Shown here one piece after another: positions 54,031-64,000 of a stretch of 64,000 bases of DNA; within the stretch, counting starts at the first letter, position 1; each line of letters begins with the position of its first letter. A program made the translations under genes and the position numbers. This DNA is from Octopus bimaculoides (lineage: Eukaryota), in assembly GCF_001194135.2 (NCBI RefSeq), contig NC_069003.1, forward strand, positions 2,891,458 through 2,955,457, written 5' to 3'. The notes below the pieces were generated by a model, which was given only the letters and a program-made list of their open reading frames with translations, did not search any database and was not told the origin of the DNA.

Positions 54031-54069
54031 CTGCCCTGCGAGATTTATGTCTCCAATCATGAAAATACA

Positions 54070-54190
54070 GGGGCCCAATGATGAAAAAAGAAGTCGACCT
54101 TCACGGGTTTTGAACTGAACGAGAAAAAAACCGGAACAAATGTAACAAATCATTTAGTCTGACACTCTATCAACCCTACCAGCGGACCGC
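54070..54190 (-). mobile_element. SINE family B, degenerate
   Basis: GATGAAA...AAGTCGACCTT...TTTTGAACT...CATTTAGTC...CTACCAGC. Confidence 0.55.
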
Positions 54191-54529
54191 TTGCTATTTC
54201 TCTAGAAAAACCTAACATTAATAACAAATGTTAGATTGTTTTTTTAAATCATTCAGCAGATAATATGGAAATGGTATTTTGTTTCATTCTTTTACCAATT
54301 CAGACAGAATTTGTGTTGTGACATTACTGAATGATTTTTAATATAAGCAAAAACAATTTATTTTCACCATTTAACCTTTCTCCAAAAGAATCGGTAAAAT
54401 ACAGAATATAATTGACACTCAAATAAAAAAACTAAATATACCCGAGAAAATACAAGATGGACTTCCAGAAAGTAAACAAAAGCTAATTTAAACAATTATA
54501 CAACGCAAATTGCTTTAAAAATTTGAATT

Positions 54530-54584
<55 letters not shown>

Positions 54585-54738
54585 GCGTATATAAATATAT
54601 GCTTCTTGCTTCTTTGTTTTGTTTTTTATTTTAACGTTATGTTTCTATTGCTTCTATTTCTAATATACTTTAAAATCGAATTATATATATATATATATAT
54701 ATATATACAAATATATATGCCTACATATACACACACAC

Positions 54739-54787
<49 letters not shown>

Positions 54788-54894
54788 TACATATGTACTA
54801 AGCATTAATTATGGTTTTGATTACGATTTGTATAGTTTTCTCTATTTTGTAATATTCTCATTGTTCTGGATTGTTATTGAAAAAAAAAAAAAAT

Positions 54895-55150
54895 TATCAA
54901 TAGCATCAACATCATCATTATCATCATCATCATCATCATCATCATTATCATCATCATCGCATATTATTATTATTATTATTATTATTGTTGGTTTTGTTGT
55001 CGTTGTTGTTTTTTCTTGCTCTTGTTGTTCTTGCATTTGTTGTTGTTTTGGTTTCAGCTGCTGCTTCTGCTACCGCTGCTGCTTCTGCTACCGCTGCTGC
55101 TTCTGCTACCGCTGCTGCTGCTGTTGTTGTAGTTGATGTTGCAGTTGTTG
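54895..55150. repeat. Compound (CAT)n/(ATT)n/(GTT)n/(GCT)n tract with a perfect 18-bp x3 unit
   Basis: GCTGCTGCTTCTGCTACC x3 at 55057-55110. Confidence 0.9.
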
Positions 55151-55779
55151 TGGTAGCTGTGATATTATCTTTCATGTATTCTATTGCTGAGATTAATTCT
55201 ATTTATTCTTTCTATGTGCATCTCTCGTAATCTATTTAAAAACTAAATGGAGTCCTTATATTTAATTATGATTTCAGACAGATAGAGTTGATTTTAATAG
55301 TCGTAACATTATATAGCTATATAAATGATCACCCCCCACCCAAAGACCCGCACTCACACACACACATACGAAGGTAGACACGCACACACACACACTTATA
55401 TATATATATGTATATATATATATATACATACATATATGTGTGCATATATAAATAATTGTATATACATACGTGTATATGTATATTTATGTGTGTGTATCTA
55501 TGAATGTATGTATCTCTGTGTGTGTATATGTAATATGGGCGTATCTCACTATCGAGAATTGAGTTAGTATCAGGATATACTATGCTTTCTCCTTTTATTT
55601 TAAGTGGTCGTGTTAAACGCGAGCGGATGCAGGCACAATCACGTATCTCTCACACATGGTGCCACAGAGACAAACATGCAGAAGGTGACATTTGGAAGAA
55701 GAGATGGCAGCTCACCCTTTGACCGATACTATGGTACTATGTTTCTATGTTACTATGGTACTATGGCTGTAGAGGCCTA

Positions 55780-55925
55780 TAGCTTAGTGCGTAGAGTTTT
55801 GGACTCGTGATTGTAAGAGTCTGAATTTGATTCTTCCAACGGGTGCAGTGCTGTTTTCTTGAGCAAGATCCTATACCTCTCGTTGCTCCAGCCCACTCAA
55901 CTGTTAAAAATGCGTATTCTTGTAA
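55780..55925 (+). mobile_element. SINE family C 5' part
   Basis: AGCTTAGTG...TTGGACTCGTGATTGTAAG...TTTCTTGAGCAAGA...GTTGCTCCAGCCCACTCAACTG. Confidence 0.7.
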
Positions 55926-55949
55926 TAGAATGCTAAGCATAGAGGGGAC

Positions 55950-56080
55950 AAACTAGGACTGTTACTTATTTAATCGACCTTGAAAGAATGAAAGGCAAAG
56001 TCGACCTCGGTGGAATTTGAACTCACAACGTAACGGCAGACGAAATACCGCTAGGCATTTCTGCCAGCTCACCACCCTTA
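55950..56080 (-). mobile_element. SINE family B
   Basis: GAATGAAAGGCAAAGTCGACCTCGGTGGAATTTGAACTCACAACGTAACGGCAGACGAAATACCGCTAGGCATTT. Confidence 0.9.
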
Positions 56081-56454
56081 AAGTAGATTATTGACCCGTG
56101 CTGCTATCAACTGGAAAATCCTGCTATTGTCAACCGTAATGGGTTGTAATAAACAATATGTTTATATTGATAGTTTTCCTGAATTTGAAGTTTGGCGGCA
56201 GCTTTGATCAGTATCACATTTCATACTTCCGCTGTCGAAAAAAAACCAGGAAATTCCGGTGTCGTATCAAAACAAAGTATGCCGGAATTATAAGAGCTTT
56301 GTACAAAATACTCCATGGCGTATGTCCCAGCTCTTTACCGATGAAAACAGATGAATGTGCACTGAGAACGCAAAGGTGATTCAAATGCTGTAACCACTTT
56401 GATTGGTGCGCTAAAACTGCTGCAGCTCACCGCCTTACGTGTCTCTAAACAAAT

Positions 56455-56582
56455 GGTTCAAATTTTGGACCAAGTCCAGCAAGTTCGTGGGCTAAGGCAT
56501 ATTGAATAAATCGCCTCAGTGTTCGACTGGTACCTATTTTATCGATCTGGAAAGGTCGAAAGGGAAAGTCGACCGCAGCGAT
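56455..56582 (-). mobile_element. SINE family B 3' half
   Basis: CAGTGTTCGACTGGTACCTATTTTATCGA...AAAGTCGACCGC. Confidence 0.7.
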
Positions 56583-57534
56583 ATCAGGTGTGAAAAATAT
56601 TAATAAAAAATTTCCAAGAATTACCCCTTAGTGCGTTAAACTACAAACAGAAAATAATGAATACATTACGTTTATATGCATAAAGTGGATATAAATCGTG
56701 ATGGACGTAGCTGGAACCCCTATAATAACAGTTCACCTCTATGTGAACATGCATTCACATGATATATAGTTAAATCATTGCAGCTAAGAAACCACATTCA
56801 AAAGTTTTCTATTCTTAAGAAAAATAAACAAAAATGGAAATTTTTGGTTTGAATTTTAAAAATCGTTGCACGATTTTTATTTCACCTATGAGGTTCCCTG
56901 TGCGCTACGCTTTACGTATACATATATGTGTATATATGTACGTAAATATATAAATATGTAGACATACGTGTATGTACACACACACACACAAACACATGCT
57001 CATATATATGGCGTATGTCTTATAAATGAAGATGCGTGTATATCTATAGATTTAGATATAATATACAATCCTATATGTATATTTAGACATACACGCACAC
57101 ACACTCTGGTATATATATTTGTATATGTGAGTATGTGTAAATGTGTGTGTATGTGTGTGTGTGTGTGTGTGTATGTGTGTCTGTATATGTGTCTGTGCGT
57201 GTTCAGAAAAATATCAGCAATAATCTTGAGATAGTAGTGTTCTGGGAATAAGGGAATATGTTGTTTCTTGTTCTCATACAAATCTCAAATATGGCGGTAG
57301 AGATAGCCAGGGAGAAATGTAATTGTGGTGTGTTAACAATTTCTTACAAAGACGGTGATACGTACGTACATACACACATAATCACACACATGTACACATA
57401 TATACATACATGGATACACACACACACAAATATTATGTTGTATGCGTTTGCATATATATGCATATATATATATATATAAATATATCTATATATATGTATA
57501 TCTGTCTTACACACTCTCTCTCTCTCTCTCTCTC

Positions 57535-57638
<104 letters not shown>

Positions 57639-58564
57639 AATTCAAGTTCCTGATTCTCAAGTGAATGAATAAGAGAGGCTTGATACATCTTTCTAAACAT
57701 ATCCGTTTGACTATTCAGTTACTGCTGAAAGTAACTAGGTGCGAAAATGTATATATATATATATTCATATATATATGCATATATATATGTGTGTGTGTGT
57801 GTGTGTGCGCGTGTATGTATATAGTGGAAAGAAAGAGGGGTGTGATGTGCGAGAAAAAGTTTCGGAAAATTATATGTGAATATGTGAAAATGCTGTTGTT
57901 ATGAGCGCTCAACAATGCAGCAATATATTAGACATATATGATGCGTGGATTATGCTATTTCAGATTGTATTATTCAGTTACTGGTGCATTCAACGAGAAA
58001 AAATAATCACCATCTATTGAGAAATGAATGTTAATTAATATACACAGGTTTAAATGCGAGGTACTATACATCTCGTGCTTCTGGTAATACAATAGGCGAA
58101 AGGGCTTGTATATTGCGTCATGTATTTTTAGGTTCAAGATATAAAAATCCTGCTCGCTTGGAAATAGCGTGAACGAACAAGAGTAAACGAGCAGAAAGGA
58201 TTAAAAGGTGGGAACGGGGAAAAAGCAATAGCGGGAATGTTGATGAGATGTGAGTAGTTTTGTCTAACTGGAATGGTAATTAGATATAGCTAGTTGAATG
58301 AATTCAACGGCAAAACGTTGAAGTTTACGACACTGTTCGCTTAGTCTGAAGCGGGAGGTGTTTTCTTGTTCGATAAGAGAGACTTATGCAGATGTTTGCA
58401 TCTAGTGAAAATTTGGACCTAGAATCCAAGAAATGCTTGAATATATTGGATCCTATTTTCGAAATTTTCACTTTTCACTAAAAAAAGATACGATTATTAG
58501 AGGCATGCTCTTTATTCGCCATTGCGAAATCTACCCTCTTGCAACAACGTCTCAATATTACAAC

Positions 58565-58670
58565 GCGGTCGATAAAATAAATATCAGTGAAGTCCTGGGA
58601 TCAATATAATCGACTTTCCCCTCGACTTAAATTACTGGCCTTGTGGTGAGATTAAAATGCCAATATTAAA
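58565..58670 (+). mobile_element. SINE family B 3' half
   Basis: GGTCGATAAAATAAA...TGGGATCAATATAATCGACTTTCCC...AAATTACTGGCCTTGTG. Confidence 0.7.
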
Positions 58671-58759
58671 ACGGTGAAGTCGTATAGTTTCAGGTACATA
58701 ATTAAATATCGGCGAAGATTGCTAGGTACCCAAAGCACCACCATCTCTATAAATGCAAC

Positions 58760-59150
58760 CTTGGTTTCCATTACCCGTCTGTATTCAGGATTAGACATAT
58801 TTCTTCGTAATTTTATTCAGATTTGTAGTTGAACGCTTCCTCAGTAGGATGTCACCACACATTATTCGTCAATGACAACGTCAAAGTAAGCTACATCTGC
58901 ACAAATAATTTCACGCAAAAAATGTCGAAATTAATACGGAATACATACCATAAAGGAACAGCACCAGACCCTCATTGCGGGTAATGTTTGTACCCAAGAA
59001 TTGTCCTCTGAACAAATTTTACTGCAGAACAGGAAAAAGTGTAATGTTTGGTCATCTTTGTCAACAATTCCTCTATAATCGAATGCGACATCACTCTAAA
59101 TGTCAGCGCTTCCAAATTGTAACTCTATCAGCATCTCCATCGCAAATCAG
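58760..59150 (-). pseudogene. Heavily decayed CR1/L2-like reverse transcriptase relic
   Basis: In order across frames: ADI*SDVAFD (cf. D.IYLDF.KAFD), PQ*GS.AVPL..V..IN.D (cf. GVPQGSVLGPLLF.IYIND), KLF.AD (cf. KLFADD), LQ..LNKI (cf. LQ.DL..I). Confidence 0.35.
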
Positions 59151-59423
59151 AATGAGATTTAATCTCTAGATTAGTTTGTAAATGTCTCCGCTAAATAAAA
59201 TGAATTATTGATTTTCTTTTTTAGAAATTAACAAACAATTATAATAAATTTGTTGATTGAGATCGATAAAATAGAAACAGCTAACTTTTTCTAAATGTTC
59301 TTTAAAGATTAATTCTATTATTTACAGAGTTACACTTCTAAAAAATTTCAATTGAAAATACAAAATTTCACCAGACTTCATTGTGATCTCTCTCCCTACC
59401 AATTATCTCTCTCTCCCTTTCCA

Positions 59424-59477
<54 letters not shown>

Positions 59478-60353
59478 GGTAGCTAGCTAGCTAGCTATGA
59501 GTTGAAATTGAGCCGTGATACATGTATTTCTATGTCATTCTTTTCTTTTTTCTTCATTTACATAAGATAAAGTTCTTAAAGTCTCTGTTAGTCGTCGACT
59601 GCACAATTTCGTCCTCGCTGCTGACTCATCAACACAACATAATTCGGGATATATTTTCACTTATTCTCATTCTCACACGCCTATATTCGCTTACACAGAC
59701 GCATGTTAGTAACGTAATATGAAACAGTCCAGCGGTCTACTATTCTTCTAATTCTGCTTTAATCTCAAGAGGTTGCTCCGTGCATAAATTAATACACACA
59801 CCAGCATTTACGTATAAGCACGTGATATACATATAAGTATTCACTCTAACACAATGTACACATACCTCGTTGAAGAAAAATCACATCATTCGTGAAGAAC
59901 CTGGATTTATATAAAATTTCCAAAATCAATGAATTTGAATTAAGTGAAACATAAGACAATAAATTTTCGGCTTTCAAATCTAAGCTAATAACTTAGAAAG
60001 CCAATTATTACGAGAATTTAATGCCTGTCACATTATGGCAGCTTCTGAATTGTCTTAATGATTAGCGTGAAATTGTTGGATGGAGTTGGCATTGCTCTCG
60101 GCCGATGCTTCTGCTGTATGTGATGTGTAACTATGTGCACACGTGCATGGCTTATATATGTGTCTATGTATTTATATGCGTATTTATGTTTGTATATATA
60201 CATAGATATACGCTTATTTATAAATGTGTGTGAGGTATTTGCGTGTTTGTGTAAGTGTATACTTACATTTATACGCTCACACACCATATACACACGTACT
60301 CGTACTCGCACTCGCACATAGACACACGAAAACACTCATATGTATGTATATGA

Positions 60354-60392
<39 letters not shown>

Positions 60393-61273
60393 GATATAGA
60401 TATATACATATATATTCTCTCACATGCAGTCTGGTTCCCTGATGATGCGAGTGGTGAAGCATTCAATATAAGTGAAAAGTGAATTGAAAGAGCTGACTAA
60501 AATTAATTGTTGTTCCAAATCCAAACATGTAGTATGGAGTTTATTTAAGGAAGAGCATGAACAGTTTATGTTCTGGAAACTAGTACTGAATTAACCCTTC
60601 TTTTATTCCCTGCATTATTAAGAAAGGTAAACTTCACCACGGCCCAATTTCAATTCATAGATAGATAGCTACATAGATAGATTGATAGATATATAGATAT
60701 AATGTTAAATCTCTGAACGAGGTATAAACAGTAACTGCACGACAACGTGAAGCATATAAATATACATATAAATATATATATATATATATATATACACACT
60801 TATATATATGTGTATATATATATGATGACCATAAGGAGAAACACCACAACCTCACCAGTTGCTTTGCAGCCAACTCCGTGTTAAAACCAAATATACTTCA
60901 AGTATCCGTCTTCTACTCCCCGAACGCTGTTCACATCCCATACCGACGCGACAATTACGGTGATATCTTTACTTTTTGCCAACAAATAAGGGAAAAGATT
61001 TTGAAACTGCATATTCCATTACGCTTAACCATTGTACCCTTGACGGGGATATATTTTAACATTTGGAAGCATGTCTCAGTATGGCCCACTTCAAAGAAAA
61101 TTACCTCCTCTTATCTGAAACAACTATCGTCCTATGACTCCCACCTCTATAACACCACTGAATTAATGAAGACACCTACAACAGATAACGTTCAACGACA
61201 CTTTGAACCTCCTCTTCTCCCCGATCTCTCTCTCTTTTTGCCTGTCAAATGTCCACGACTACGGCTTTTGTAA

Positions 61274-61318
61274 TACTGAGTCTCGGAGAATTACTTACAT
61301 TTGCTCCTCATCAGCGAA
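61274..61318 (-). ncRNA. Degenerate type I hammerhead motif
   Basis: CTGATGA-GGAG...CTCC-GAGA-CTCAG-TA; helix II perfect, GAAA changed to GAGA, no helix I partner after the GUA. Confidence 0.5.
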
Positions 61319-62152
61319 CTCTGAGACTGTGACACCAGAAAAATCTTGAAACACGTCTGTAATGCGGCATCTCAGGGGCAATTAACATCGTGTCTATATA
61401 TAATTTGTGGAATGTGTTTAGTACCGAGTTTCACAAGATCAAAGTTGCTCTTGCCACGTTCAACTTTCGTCGCTTGGACATTGTATGTGGAAAATAATAA
61501 TTACCCAGAAGATTTTTTTTTTGCTCTTCAAAACGTTTAGATGGTTATTCTGAGGTAGAACGAGCTACTATTAAACTAGCAGGGAGTGCATTTTTGAAGA
61601 CAATTTTGTATAAATTTGAGAGATAGAGAGAGACATACACACAGACAAATGATCAGAGACAGAAATCTCGTTGTTATTAACCAGCAACGGAGCGACCACT
61701 TAGAGCCGTATTGTCTTGGTATTTGCTAATGCAAGTTAATCTTTCATAAGAAGTAAAAGGGGCAATCTTCAGAGAAAGTATTCAATAAAATATTTACTTT
61801 ATTTCTCTATGGCAAACGCAATCATAATGCAACTGAAAAATTTTCATCTTAGTGACTTGAAAACTTGTGACGATATAACAACCACCCAACAGTTCACTTG
61901 GCGTTTTACTGATTATATTTGACTTATGTCTCCAAGACAAAAGTTTCTTTCGAAAAAGTAATCTTAACTGCTTGACAAAACGTAATATTATAACAGCAAA
62001 CACAAAGACGATTCTAAGACAATTCCAATAATATGACATCAAACTAATACAATATNNNNNNNNNNNNNNNNNNNNNNNNNNNNNNNNNNNNNNNNNNNNN
62101 NNNNNNNNNTATATATATAAATAAAACAAACACAGGAAATGAGATAGAAAAC

Positions 62153-62192
<40 letters not shown>

Positions 62193-62678
62193 GATAATAA
62201 TAACAATAGAAGGAACATCATGAAACAGGATTCAGTTGAGTGACATGTTGATTCGATAGTTTATCTTTCTAAAATAGTCTTGACACATCGGCCATCTTTA
62301 GATGAATTGGATTCTAAGAACCACTGTCATGGTGTGCCGACATTACCGAACAGGAAATGACAGAAAGTAATTCAAGATTTCTAGTACAATTTCGTTTTGG
62401 AATAGAATACCGTGTCTTCAATGTTGAATGTCTTTGCCGTCCATTTTGTGATTTCATGAAAAAGAAAAAGAAAGAGAAAACAAATAAAAATGGTATTTCC
62501 TTTCTAGTTGGATTTGCTGTTTCTTCTGGTTTAAAATCAAAGTTCTTTTCTTTTTAATCTCTTTCTTTCCATTGTTTCTTATCTTTCTCATTTTTGCAAT
62601 CCATCAATCACTCTCTCTTAATTAATCGATTTATCTACTTTTCTTTTGGCATATCTTTCCGTCTATCTATCCATTTTT

Positions 62679-62731
<53 letters not shown>

Positions 62732-64000
62732 TAGGGGAGTGAAATCATATATATCTATACAAACACACATATCTATGTATGAACATCTATCCATCTGTAT
62801 ATGTATCTATCTATCCATCTATCTATCTATCTATCTATCTATCTTCCTAACTATCTGTCTGTATGTCCTATTATTATTATTATTACTATTTCTTCTACTA
62901 TATCACCCTGTCTATGTTTAGGTCTCAATGTATTTATTTACCAAACCACAGACATTTTATATTGTTTATTGGAAAGCGCACGACTTCATTGTGAATATGA
63001 CAGCAGCCAAGTGAATTATATGTTATCAGAACATATCTTCTCAACAGCAAGTTTAATGTCCCTGACCTGGACAGTTAAGCATTTAAATAGCAGCCTCCAT
63101 GGTAATATAAAAGAGCACTGCAATGCAGAACGGAGCAGACCGTTCCATGTTTTGTTTATTTAAAAAAAGAAACTGCGATAAATTTCATCGTTACATCAGA
63201 AATAATCGAGTAGACATAAGACGAAGTATTTCCTAGCCTTCCATGGGCCATGATAAACTGGCTGGAAATAAAATCAAAAGATAGTAAAAAGAAAGACACA
63301 ACAGGAAATTAAAAAAATACATTGTGCATCTGTTGGTTAATCAGAGATCAGTCTAGATCGGGTTTACCTATGATTAGACTAGTTCCACTCATAAAGCTGC
63401 GTCGTTGTGTTTTTCTGAAATGGCGTGTCGATCGTACGTCATGGAAATCACGTTAAGGTTCATGTTTAGGGGTTCTAGTGCCCATGACGCGCAGACCTAA
63501 GTTATGATCTGAAAAGAAAAAGAACAAATATACTATTATGCGTAAGGGTTGTTCACATTGATTAGCTCCTTATTATGAATAAAACATTCCAACTCTGCCC
63601 TTATCGTCGCTATACTCTCAGACGTTACATTTGTGTAATGTAATGGTTTGTGAGCTGCAATATAGGTGTATGGGCATATAAATGTTGCTCTATACCTTCA
63701 TGCCACTTTGATCCGCACTTATGTATGGGTACTACGTAGACACATTCACCCCGACTGATATAAACTACTTGTTTTCACTTACTAGTGAGGGCTTCTTTCA
63801 GTGCAGTTCTATTTTTCCCATAAAAAGCATATTTTTCTTCTTTGAAATATATCTCGGAGGAAAATTTATTTATTGTTTCTTTGCGGTGCAGTCGTCAAGT
63901 TTTTTTTCTTTAAGAACAGGTTTAGCAATTATTTAAAAGGTTTTAAATGGTATATTTTAAGGAATGTATGAAACGAAAGTGGACAGTAGTTTTCTACAGG

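Noticed and set aside
60436-60470. CTGATGA-TGC...GCA
   Set aside because: Not followed by GAAA.
60878-61273. 131-aa plus-strand ORF next to the 61274 motif
   Set aside because: No recognisable RT or endonuclease motifs on either strand.

Overview
AT-rich eukaryotic draft-assembly sequence with about 19 N-gaps, most next to (TA)n, (CA)n or (GA)n runs. It is packed with microsatellites and tRNA-derived SINEs; the repeat content looks like an octopus (coleoid cephalopod) genome, which is an inference from recalled repeat consensus, not a search result. No intact protein-coding gene, tRNA, rRNA or CRISPR array is recognisable, and nearly all ORFs in the track are microsatellite or gap artefacts. 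Supported content: (1) about 30 copies or fragments of three tRNA-headed SINE families, here called A, B and C; (2) decayed retrotransposon coding relics: a Penelope-like RT plus GIY-YIG, an RLE-clade (R4/Dong-like) non-LTR element, and two LINE RT fragments; (3) ten minimal type I hammerhead-ribozyme-like motifs from several unrelated small repeat families, most with a palindromic or near-palindromic helix III; (4) a few low-confidence minus-strand candidate exons. The two most interesting observations are the hammerhead panel and a twin-priming-like 5' inversion in the RLE element. All alignments, translations and folds were done by eye, and repeat boundaries are approximate.
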